Below are positions 1 through 11,489 of a stretch of 64,000 nt of DNA, one piece after another. Origin of the DNA: Nageia nagi. Its lineage: Eukaryota; Plantae; Pinophyta. The position numbers and the translations under genes are program-made. Position 1 is the first letter of the stretch, and every line of letters starts with the position of its first letter. The stretch lies in the NCBI GenBank assembly GCA_050084985.1, contig JBITNC010000001.1, positions 70,494,001 through 70,558,000 of the forward strand, given 5' to 3'. The notes beneath the pieces are model-generated. The model had not been told where the DNA came from. It saw only the letters and a program-made list of their open reading frames with translations, and ran no database searches.

Positions 1-1068
1 TAAAGTATCCACCACAAATGCAATTATGATAATATGATATGGTAATCTATTGGTCACAATGCTTAATACAATGAAGAAGGATACTATCAAAAGATTTCTT
101 GTAGAGGACATCCCCTAAAAATGCATACTAAGTGGCTTGATACTTAAAATCTTGCTTCTTAATAGGATACATATAAGGAGGAAGGGTATTCCACTTAAGG
201 TACTCATGAAGCTTCTTATACCATAAGTCTTGAGACTTGATCAAAATCTTATTAACACTAGCTTTGATGAGGGAAGAAGGAAAAAGTGACTTGAGAGATG
301 ACTCCTTGAAAGTCACAACTTCCATGTGATAGATATATCAATGAGGATTAGGTGGGATGAGTTACCCTAAAAATGCCATGGTATCTACAAACACATTGGA
401 TGACCTAGGGGATGAATTGATCTTATGGGATTTTAAGCACTTGAGGAGTTTGACAACCTCCCCTCTATAATACTTGAGGAGTTCATTATTATACTAATAA
501 ACTATGAGGATTTGGTTAATGATTAAAAGAAAATTAACATATATCATGAGTCTCTCGATCTTGAGCTTGATAATAGTACTAAGATCTAGAATTAAGGCTT
601 CATGCTTTGCATTATTATTGGTATAAGGGAAATCCAACTTAAAGGAATAAAGGATAGGGATGCCATAAGGTATAAATAAGATAACTCCTGCACCACCCCC
701 TTGCTCACACTTCAATCCATAGAAATACATGGTCATGTCAAAGTCCTTATGAGTGTAAACAAACTTTTCCTCTTTGTAAATCTTAAAGATATCCTTGCTA
801 GGGAGATTGATATCTAGAGGATAATTATTTGAAGAGGGTGCTTCAACCAACTAATCTGTGATGACCTAACCCTTAACAAATATCTAGCTAACAACATTAA
901 CATCAAACTTTGATAAGAACATAAGCCATTTATATGTTCAATAATTATGATAAGTCTTGCTCATCATGTAATGGAGTGGATTAACATGAAAAATTACACA
1001 TATATATATGATTACACATGTAATGATGTAATTTCTTTGCTACAAAAATGATGATAAGGTAAAGATTA
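1..1068 (-). mobile_element. Degenerate Ty3/Gypsy (Tat/Ogre-type) pol fragment: end of RT-RNase H, additional RNase H (aRH), start of integrase
   Basis: ORF 494..850 reads MYFYG..CEQGGGAGVIL...YSFKLDFPYTNNNAKHEALILDL (aRH-type). Upstream (~1010-1050) AKKLHHYM is RNase H-like. Downstream (1-35) YHNCICGGYF is the integrase zinc finger. Truncated by the window edge and the gap. Confidence 0.85.
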
Positions 1069-1168
1069 NNNNNNNNNNNNNNNNNNNNNNNNNNNNNNNN
1101 NNNNNNNNNNNNNNNNNNNNNNNNNNNNNNNNNNNNNNNNNNNNNNNNNNNNNNNNNNNNNNNNNNNN
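1069..1168. other. Assembly gap (100 N)
   Basis: Run of exactly 100 N; contiguity across it is not established. Confidence 0.99.
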
Positions 1169-1540
1169 GGAGTAGTGGTCTAAATAAATAATAAGTTAAA
1201 ACATTAAGAGTATTTAACTTTAGCAACATTGGCTTCCTTTCTTTCAAGGAGTACTAGTTCAAAAAAATAAAAAAACTTTACATATTTAGAGAGTGGTTTC
1301 CATAGAAAATTCTAAGTTTGATTTGGCCTCAAGAGAAGGATTTGTAGATAGATTAAGGTTTTAAGGAAATTTAAGGTTCTAGATAGACCTAAGCTTTGAA
1401 TGAACCCAAAATTTGAAGACAACATTTATCATTCCCACAAGAAAAAATTTCACATTGTTGTTGTATTATTTTAGTTCACCTAATATTTATATTCCAAATT
1501 TACTTGTAAAAACTTTGCTTCAACATATTTTTCTTTCTTG

Positions 1541-3413
1541 ATGATAAATTTAACAATAAATACAATCATGAGCATGCTCTTAGGAATCTCTAGTATCGAC
1601 ACTATTTGGCAAATTACATCTATAGACTTGATCCAACATTCTTCCTCGATATTCACCAAATATTGAGCCCAACTCTCATATGGTTTGCATTCACATCATG
1701 CTTTACTTCCTATCGAAAATAACATTGATGTTGCTAAAGAAGCATTGAAGGAAGGCACTATTATTCAATTGTAAGAATATACATCCAAAAATTACCAAAA
1801 TTATATGTAAGTTCATACTTTTGTGTCTTTTCCCTTTATAGCTTATTTCCCATCTGCAATTATTTTTGTAATCATTCATGCCATTTAAATGCATGGATAT
1901 TGTAATCAATCATGTTGCCAAACTTCATAATAGTTTGCCACTTATTGGAGCTTTGAATCCTCTCCTTAAAGCTTCAAGCTATGTTCCATTAACTTCTTCT
2001 CAATACCCTTCATAATCTTTGCAATCTAGTTCTCCTCTTTCACAGGAACAAAGTTCTTGCAATCAATAGCAAGATGGACCCACTTTGCAGCTAACACCCA
2101 TTAATGCATTAACTCCATATCTTAGAAATTGGTCCATTAAAGGAAGCTCTTTAGCAAGAAATTAAAATCCATGAATATCATAATGCAAAATATGATGTAC
2201 AAGTTTTTAAGTTTGATCTCATTGATATGGATTGTTTTGAAATACATGTGACTTACTTCAATGAGGTTGCTAACAAGTTCTACAATGTTGTTTAGACAAA
2301 TTCCATTTACATTATTTCTAGTGATCACCTTAAAGAGGAAAAAAAATAATATAGCACCTCAACACACCCTTATCAAATATTTCTCACCATGTCATCAACA
2401 ATAAGTGGTTCACCATCTCTTGAAATTGCTATACCAATGATAATTTCACATATAAAGAACATAGATACATTGGTTTATTGGCTTGATAAATCCTTGGTTG
2501 ATATGATTGGTATACTTTATTTTATTTCTACTTCCATCAACTCTAAGTAGAAAATATGGCACTAAAACAAAAAGATGATTATAAATATCATGGATATTTC
2601 AGGTTTTACCATTGATTTTAACCTATGGGGTCATCATTGTGAAGGTGAAGGTAAACAACTTATTGATAAGTATAAGAAGATAATGCCTACAATTGTTCTA
2701 TCAAATATAGATGTTTAACCTCTTGGTAAGAAAAAAATATAGATTGTATCTATTCAACCACCATTCATATAAATCTAAAGTTAGAAGAGGCATTGATATT
2801 GAGAGCATGGTATTCAGCTTTGGATAGTAACTAGCCTCTTGTTTCAATTTCTAGCAATCGTGATTCCATAGCCAGCTTTGAGAATCTAATAAAATTGGTG
2901 AAATCATTGGTAAAAATTCCTAGCAAAACATAATGTCTATATTAAAGACATAATTTCCACACTCTACCTTGATAACTTTTATTATCTTTCTTGCTCTCAA
3001 GTTGTTGATGGCAAAAAATGTAAGAAAAAAGTTGAAAAAATTGGCATAAATACTTACAAATGCCCTCAATGTCCAGCTGAATGTGACTTTAACTATGTAC
3101 TAAAAATGAATATTCAAGATGACATAGGTGAGCTTCTAAAAGCAACCACATTTGAAGGGCCTACAAATACATTATTAGGTGTTGGACTCAAAGATTTCTT
3201 ATTGTTACTGATAGAACTAGATGTTGCTCATGATGTTCTTGACAAAGTTGTGAATTACCAATTCTTGATTCAGCTATCCATCATTATGAAATATTTCTCT
3301 AGACAAGATTTACAAAGCATTGTAATTATAGCCTTCAAAGCCATCTAGACATATTTTGATTGTAGTTTCCAAAGCTAGATCAACATTTTTGCATTTGGTG
3401 TGTATAGATTATA
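1541..3413 (+). pseudogene. RPA1: Replication protein A 70-kDa subunit (RPA70) pseudogene with all four OB domains
   Basis: Manual translation. N-terminal OB from ATG 1541: MINLTINTIMSMLLG...QLSYGLHSHHALL...LKEGTIIQL*EY, then a GTAAG donor at 1807. DBD-A ~2090-2340: LTPINALTPYLRNWSIKG...VFKFDLIDMDCFEIHVTYFNEVANKFY. DBD-B ~2560-2815: IMDISGFTIDFNLWGHHCEGEGKQL...EEALILRAWY. DBD-C with zinc ribbon ~2990-3348: CSQVVDGKKCKKKV...CPQC..CDFNYVLKMNIQDDIG. Several stops and frameshifts. Confidence 0.88.
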
Positions 3414-3780
3414 AATATGGCTTACAGATGATAAACTATGTTATACTTATAATCCTTTTCATTGTAAAAGGTTTCATGAAGATTTTAAAACACTTTTTTT
3501 CTAATGCTTTTTAGAAAAAGTATATACCTACTACAATAATATTATATTATTTTTGTATATGTGATATTGTATTATGACATGTTGTTACATGAAAAAATAT
3601 CATTATAAATTATACAATCAACATATTGAACATGTGTAAGATTATTTTCCCTTTTTATGTTCAATTACCTTAGAATTTCATTTCCTACTTTCGTTTTTTA
3701 CAATTTCACATGTGGCCTCATTATTTTTTGACTCAAAAATGGCATTGTTAATATTATCCTTAGCATTTCATTCATCAAAA

Positions 3781-6700
3781 ATGGAAAACCAATCAGCTCA
3801 AGAAAAAAAGGATCATAGAAATCAAATTCATCATGCACATTACCAGGTAAGAAAATAAACCATTAATGCAAGAAGTGAGAGCTATGACATATGAAGGAAA
3901 ATATCATAAGTAATCATGAAGCTTCCTTCTCATCTAATCCCCTTCCTTTGTAAGAACCTATTCCTGAAATGTGTTTGCAAAATCAGTAAGCTCTACTATT
4001 TTCTATAGAATATTTATTTGCTAGAAATAATTTTCAATCAAAATTGGATAACCTTGTAAACATGTCTACATGTGTCATGTGTATAGAAAAATATCCAAAA
4101 ATTAAAACTAGGTAGCACAATGTTCATTCTACTTGTTACCAATGCATCTCTGAAAAAATGACCATTGCTTTTCTATATCAAATAACATGGATCCTAGAGA
4201 GCAACCAGTTTGTTTAAAGTACTTACTCAAATTGATGAAATGTTGATAGCAAGAGTTAGCCCCGTGATTTAGGTTACTTATGCAAGAGAGGTTCAACTAA
4301 AATACAGTTGTCACACTATTTTTTTCCCCTCAAGATATTTCTTCAATTACAACTCAATCACCAAGGCACTTAGATGCATTGGATATTCTTATAGTTAATA
4401 AAAAGAATATCAAAGACCAATGATACAACTTCTATGTTAGCAAAAAACATATTTATGAAGCATTGTCAATACAAAATTAAATTTGATCCATACTACAAAG
4501 ATGTCTAGATAGATGAATATGCATTATCATTTTTTGCTTGATATATCAACAAACATCTCTAGTATTTTGTATACAACATGTTTGAATCCTGAATCAGTTG
4601 ATGCAAACCTCATGGAAATCGAAGACTTGGATAATGATATGCTACAAGAAAATAATCATATAGCAAGTTCTTTCATGGTAAACCTTACCCCTACATGTAC
4701 AATAGTTCAATAATTTTGATCATTATTACATCTAAGGGAAAGGAATCCAGCTTCAACATTGAATGGCCACCATTCACACTATCACCTATAAATGACTAAA
4801 AATTGAAGGGTTGTTTATAATGGCATTTCCTACTTTGTTTCCAACTAGAGCAACATCATTTGGACAACAAATATTCAAAGAAGTCAAGTTACATGAATAT
4901 GCTCACACTTGATTTGGTACCATGACAACAAATTTGGCCAGCATGCACATTTCTAATACTTTATGCTTACTATAATTATGCATCATTAAAGTCAAGCAAC
5001 AACATCTCTTTTTGCTTGTAGAAGTATCAAATTTTATCGATCATAATTGAATACCTTCGACAAATATTAAAATGACATACCAAATGATAAACTTATCAAT
5101 CATCTTATGCATTTTGACTCAACTATAAATGGTACAAGGCCATTTTGGAATCATTGCATCGTAGAAATTTTAGATATGATAAATCAAGTTGGATACCCCA
5201 CTTTATTTTTTACCCTTAGTGTAAAAGATACAAAATGGCTAGACCTACATGCTATGATGCCATCTATGATAGCCGTAACTCCTCAAATAGCTTCTAAATG
5301 GAGGATACAAAATATTATTCAAAATTTGCACCTCATAGCATTGTACATGCACCATAGGTTCACTCATTCAATGAAACCATTCAGTAACACTTCTTAATGC
5401 AAACAACCATTGGTATAGGTATTACACTACTTATTTCAATTCCTTAAACTAGCTTTATCATTTACCTACTAGCTAAAAGTTTCTCCCTATAGGATTGAAT
5501 GACAACACAAAGGTTTAACTCATATCCATGGCTTCCTTTGGTTGAAAGGCACACCTAACATTACTAAACTAGATTGGAATAATATTCAATCTGTACAAAA
5601 TGTAATCAATTACTTTGATAGATATGTATCAAGTTGGAACCATCAACCCATTTCATAACAAGAACAAACATCTTCTTCCATACTGTTCATGATCCTTTTT
5701 TGCTAGACACACAAAGATTTTGAAAAGTAAACCAATTGCTGATTACAATGAGCTTGTCAATTATGTTGAACATCATACAAAATGTACATTACAAACATGC
5801 TTATGTAAAGTAGTCATGATGTTGAATATGTTAAAAGCCCCTTAGAACCTCCAACAGACCTCTACACTTGAAATTGATGAAAATGGCTAGCCCAAATACA
5901 CTCCTACTCTAATGATGATAGATTGAATCTCCACAACCCTAAATGCTCTCAATTTGGAGAGCCAATCTAGATTGCAAAGCTATCATCTCAATTGATGCAA
6001 TCCTCAAATACATTGCAAAGTATGCAACAAAAGTAGAGAATAAATCTAAAACTTCCATCAACGCTATCCCTTTTATTTCAACCACTTATGAACCACAAGA
6101 CCAATCACAGATGCTTTTCAAAAAATGCTTGTTGATAACATAGGTGACTGTGATATTTTTGCCTAGGAAGCTAGCCACCTTTTGCAAAAATTACCACTCA
6201 CAATATGTAGTCAAAATTTTTTTTTTAAATTTAAACCAGATTAACTTACAATGTATTCCACTTTCATCCTCTTCCAACCACTTCAAAAATTTTATTGATG
6301 CATACATAGTATGACCAACATATCAGCAAGAAATGCCACTCATTGAAGTTTTTAGAAGATGTACATACAAAGATATCGTAAATTTGTGCAGTGGAAACAA
6401 CATTCAATATTAGCAATTGTTAGAGTCTCACCATGCTTTACAACAACTCCTTAAAAAGATGAAAGATTTATCATATTTTTTTTCTAACAGAGCTACTTTT
6501 ATAACATCCTTCCATAATATAGAAAATGACTTTGGAACAAATGAAGATGACATTATTGCAAATTGGGAGATATTTTAGAATTGTTACCATCCATGGCATG
6601 TACATTGAACAATAATGCAACGAAATTGAAGATACAATTGAAGAATCCTCAACTCTCCCCAACATATGGAATTACAACAAAATGAGCAAAGTGAGTGGCA

Positions 6701-8250
6701 AATCTTATCATCTATGCACCCAAGAAACCCTTTCCATTTAGATGAAATTGACATGCTTGATCATCATACTTGGATGTTAACTACAATTGGGATACTTCAA
6801 TGTTTACTCCAGAGAAAAAAATAATGGGTTCTATTTTCATTGATGAAAATCATTGTACATTTCAATTTCCACCCACTTCCATTATAAACACATTTGATGG
6901 TTGTCTACAAATCTACAAGAAGCATTTGACATAGTCAAATCGCATATAACTACAAATTATTTACAACCACCTCTTAGGATGATCATTCAAGGAATAATAG
7001 GAACAAGGAAATCACATTTAATGAAAAGCATCAAGTTTTTGTTTTCCAATTCAACAAAATAAGGAGAATCTCCATTATTAGTTCTTACACCTACATGTGT
7101 TGCAGCTTTCAATATAGGTACCTCAACAATTCATTTCACATTTCAAATGCCCATAAAAAATATGCAACCCTTGACTAGACAATCACTTGCAAAATTCCAA
7201 GAAAAAATGCTTCACATTAAATACATTATTATCGATGAGATGAGCTTCATTGGTCCAAAGCTTTTGAAACTCATGGATAGAAGATTCCATGAGGCCTTTC
7301 CCACACATAACCAAACTCCATTTGGAGGTCAATCAATAATACTCTTCGATGACCTACCCAGCTACTGCCCCTCAAAGACATCCCCATGTATGCTTGAGCT
7401 TCCTATGGGGAGAAACTATGAAACACCTTCACAATAGTGGTAACATTGGATCAAATTTTTTTATGAAAATGGTGACAATCCAAAATAGATTCGATTCCAT
7501 ACACTACTAAATAATCTACGCAATGCAAAACTTGTGGTTGTAGATTAGGAATTGCTGATGTTAAGATCATTCTCAAACCTCACAAATGATGAACAATCTA
7601 CGTTCCTTTCCTCCATGCACCTTTTTGTAACAAATGAGATGGTTTCTAATAATAATAAATGAATGTTTTTATCTCTTGCAAAACCAATCACCATTTTCAA
7701 TACAAAAAAATACAAGGATCAATCAGTTTCATCTAGAAGATGAACAACTCCAAGCACAACTATTGCTCTGTATTGACTAGTAGGTTATGTTATATTCAAA
7801 TTTGTGGGTGGAAATAGGTCTTGTAAATGGTGCACTTGGACAAGTAAAATCAATCATTTATAAGGATGGTGAGAAGTTGCCTCAACTCTCCCTTTTTGTT
7901 ATTTTCTAATTCAAACAATACATAGGCCCTCCTTAGGATGAAAATAATCCACAAAATGTTCCTATAACTCCATTAAGTTGTGGTCGATGTCGACAAATCC
8001 CACTGAAAATGGCATTGGCATTGACAATACACAAACCACAAAGACTTACACTTGAAAGAGAAACTATTGATATTGGGAGCATTAACTATCAAGAACTCAC
8101 TTTCATAACTTTTTCGAGAGTTCATGCACTTCATTGCTTTTGCATTCAACCTTCCTTCACTTTCAAAAGATATGTAAGGATGCAATAAGGTCCACATGTG
8201 CATCACCATAAGAGTGAGGAGCAGCATTTGCTATCGTTATCAAATGCTGG
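3781..8250 (+). pseudogene. Helitron2/Helentron-type RepHel pseudogene (Cys cluster, DUF6570-like domain, HUH Rep, Pif1/SF1B helicase)
   Basis: CVMC..CYQC ~4070-4150; NNMDPREQPVCL..LTQIDEMLIARV...HTIFFPQ ~4180-4335 (DUF6570-like). Rep motif 1 GYPTLFFTLS..DTKW (~5190), motif 2 WYRIE*QHKGLTHIHGFLWL (5411-5545, spliced), motif 3 KYIAKYATK (~6010). Helicase: QGIIGTRKS (Walker A), VLTPTCVAAFNIG, IIIDEMSFIG, PFGGQSIILF, NLWVEIGLVNGALG, QIPLKMALALTIHK.Q.LTL, FSRV. Confidence 0.92.
5419..5492 (+). other. 74-nt GT-AG intron splitting Rep motif 2
   Basis: TGG TAT AG|gt...ttctccctatag|G ATT GAA; removing it joins WYR to IE*QHKG.HIHGFLWL in frame. Confidence 0.8.
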
Positions 8251-9369
8251 CAAATATTTTCTTAAACAGATCAAAATATTTTTTAATAGTTTTGCTACAA
8301 ATATTATTAGCAACACAATATCACTACAAATTACTTCAAATATTTTGAAAAAATCATGTACTCGAGTTTAAATATATTGCATATAATAGTTATGATGAAA
8401 CATTGCTTTTAAGAAATAAAATTTCCTTCACGTTTGCGTTTTCATTTTCAACTACAAATGACATTTTCTTTTACAATTACTATTATTTTCTCCTATATCT
8501 AACTTGCTCTATTATCATTTTTGTGCAAATCTAACATCTCCCTTGTCTAATTTTTAGGATTAAAGACAATGGAGAAAATAAAAAATTCCTCCACACATGT
8601 TCATGTATGAATTTTGCTAAACTTCACATGAGATTGAAAAATAGAAAAATTGTCATACTATGTTACAATAGAGCTATAGATACCCTATGTATAGATGGAG
8701 TTTCCGAGAACCTTTTCATGGCATACACAATATTTGAGGAACAGGAAAAGAAAAATAGTGCATTCTCTTCATGCCTACTTGTTCCAAAACAAATACAGTA
8801 AGATTACAACATAGATCACATTATTGAACTCTAATTATATTCTTGCATTACAACTTTACATTTAATCAACTATCATTCAAAAGGCTAAACAATTTGCCTT
8901 CGTTTGTGCAGGTGACCTTCGAGTTTCAACAACTTTTTGGGTGTTCTACAATTTCAAATTGCAATATGTACATATTTTGAAAACTTTGTTGTTACCTTCG
9001 ACTTTCAGCAATAGCTTCTTTTTTATTTTGCAATTTAAAATTGCAATATGTCTTACAATTTAAAAAATGCAACGTGTACATTATATATCTCACTTTTGTC
9101 TACTTACACATTTTTCAAACATAATGACTTCCACTTTTATTTGCATTAAGATTTTCTATTTACTTCACATATTTTGCATAGTATTGTTGACTTTCCCTAC
9201 AAGAACAATCTCTTGCTTCTCATAACATTGCATATGATGATCTTGTCTTCCATGATAATTCACAAGCACAACATTCTTACGTGTACCCGTCCCACAAGGT
9301 TGAGATAGGTAGTAAATATTTAATGACATAATAATTGTATGAATCATGAATTGTTTTTATTTTCTAGAT

Positions 9370-10230
9370 GCAAGCATCGAGTAGCCAAAAGAAATCTACA
9401 TTTAAATAAGAAAATCAGAAAATACACAGGTCCACAGGCAGCCACTAGCTCACCATACACAGCTGAATATGCTGAATTAATTCTATCTAGTACTTGTGGG
9501 GCTGAGTATAGGCTGAATTTTCAATGTTGCGTAGGTGGTAAGGTCAAAGAGTCCGAATGTTACCTTGCGTGACCAGTGGAGATGGAATAAAACCCAAAAA
9601 TGGCACTTCCATGACACGACTCAACATTTACTATTGAGGGCAGCGATAGACAGCGATTGCTTTCAGGCGAGGTGAGGTGTCCTAAAGTTGGCATCCTTGT
9701 ATTATTATATCTGTTCATTATTCTGAACGCTACCCAACAATGGAAGATGATAAATACAGTCACTTAACTCCTACCCATATATTTTGAGAAGTTGAAGGCA
9801 CCTACTGTTCGTAAGTTGATCTTCTCCACAAGATCAGATCTGTAACATTTTCCAACAATAGCATCCACGAAATCTAAATGATGCTACAAAATATCATGAA
9901 AGACAAGATTTTGAGAACAAACGATGATTAAATTATAATTGCGGTGCAACATTTTAAGAACTTTACAAGCTTAACAAACACTGCATGTTCACGAATCACA
10001 ACTTTCGCAGCAAAAGATAATGAAAGCGATAGACTAAACCGAAATTTAACAGAATTATTTGGATGCATAGAGATATCGTATTGTGAAATAATACAACAAT
10101 ATATGAAAGTTTATAGGTTTAAATTTGACCATAAACATTATACGTTTATCAAAATCCTACTACCACTTGACGCTCAATCCTTCCACTCCATTCGATTAGA
10201 TCATGTGCATATATCAATCGATTTTCAGCA
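9370..10230. other. CpG/CWG-retaining segment of unknown nature (possibly a hypomethylated regulatory region)
   Basis: About 22 CG dinucleotides counted in ~850 bp plus many CAG/CTG, against only a few per kb in the flanking elements. No recognisable protein. Confidence 0.5.
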
Positions 10231-11489
10231 AGAATTTAATATTATGTATATATGATTATATATATTATGTGTATATATCAAATATATTTTCTACCATCTA
10301 CTTTTCAACAAGAATGATTTAGGTGTGTATATCAAATATATTTCTAGAAACCCAATTCCATACAATGCACAATATTTGGTGTTTATATATGCACATAATA
10401 TACCAATTTAATATATAATACGCATATAATATACCTTATATGCTCACAATATACCAATATAATAAATAATTCAATTAAAAAAATATTAAATTCTTCTTAA
10501 ACATTATACTTTCTTTCTTTCTTTATCATGATATACACATAACACTTTATACCATACACATAATTTAGTTATATGCTTGCATAATTTACTTATATAGTAT
10601 ACAATTTAATTTTTTCCTAAATAAAATAATTTCTATTAATGAAGCCTAATTGTATATATATTTACAAAATTTGGTCAATACTACAAAAGTGGTAATACAT
10701 TATTTTTAATACTATGAAACCAATGTCCATGAGAGATGCAAAATAATATAAACTAATCAATGCCTTCTGAGGTGAGAATGTAGGATGAGAGAATGATTTG
10801 TAGTGATAAAGAGCAAAGGCCTGGACATTAGTTGAATTCATTTTAGGTTAACGATAAACATACAACAATATTTCATTCACTTTGTAACATATTCTAAATG
10901 TCAAAGAGATAATACTGAGGATGCCCAATCTATTGAGACCTAGTAGGATTGCGGACAAAGAATTAGAGGTTAGAAAAATGTAACCCACTCTAACAATAGT
11001 GCACATTCTAGGAGCAAATCTGCTATGGAAAATTTGATTTTCATAGTGAGACATAGCTTTGGACCTTGGATATACCTAAAAAAGGTTGAGAAGTTATGCT
11101 TCAAAATGTGACCATAATAGGTTAGAAGATTAGTACTTTTTTAAAAGATACCATTGTTCCTTTGAATCCAAATTACCCACACAAGCATTGTTAGAGGTAT
11201 AAAATACTGGGATTTGAATACCTTACATGTTGTAGTCAGGTTCCATTGAATGAGGAGGTTTAGGATAGATGTTGGGTAGACCCATGAGCACCCAAATTTT
11301 GATAGAAGACATCCCCATGGAGAGAGTATGCAAAGTCAAATTAGAGGAAATAAAGGTCATTGGATTCTTCTACTAAATCACACATGATGTACTTGAAAGA
11401 AGATGTAATTACATGCCTTTTGCAAAGTTGGACTCATTTGAGAAATTTATTATGTATTTCTAACCATAAAGGAAAGAAAGAAAGTATAT

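Larger units (their letters stand above)
1541..9100 (+). mobile_element. Probable extent of one decayed rolling-circle element (RPA70 + RepHel + 3' segment); termini not located
   Basis: Two co-oriented, similarly decayed genes ~370 bp apart; an imperfect ~78-bp duplication at ~8915-9075 downstream. No terminal motifs identified. Confidence 0.6.

Noticed and set aside
981-1247. ORF spanning the N run
   Set aside because: Joins unrelated sequence across an assembly gap.
1560-3420. Minus-strand reading as a hAT-like transposase or divergent accessory gene (ORFs 1703..1909, 2137..2328)
   Set aside because: Shadow frames; the + strand gives all four RPA70 domains in order.
9630-9652. TATTGAGGGCAGCGATAGA resembles miR397 or its laccase target site
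   Set aside because: Several mismatches, no fold-back partner seen, and the opposite strand does not translate as laccase.
8250-10300. Canonical Helitron 3' end (hairpin + CTRR)
   Set aside because: The hairpins at ~9818 and ~9859 are not followed by CTRR at the expected spacing; no terminus is claimed.
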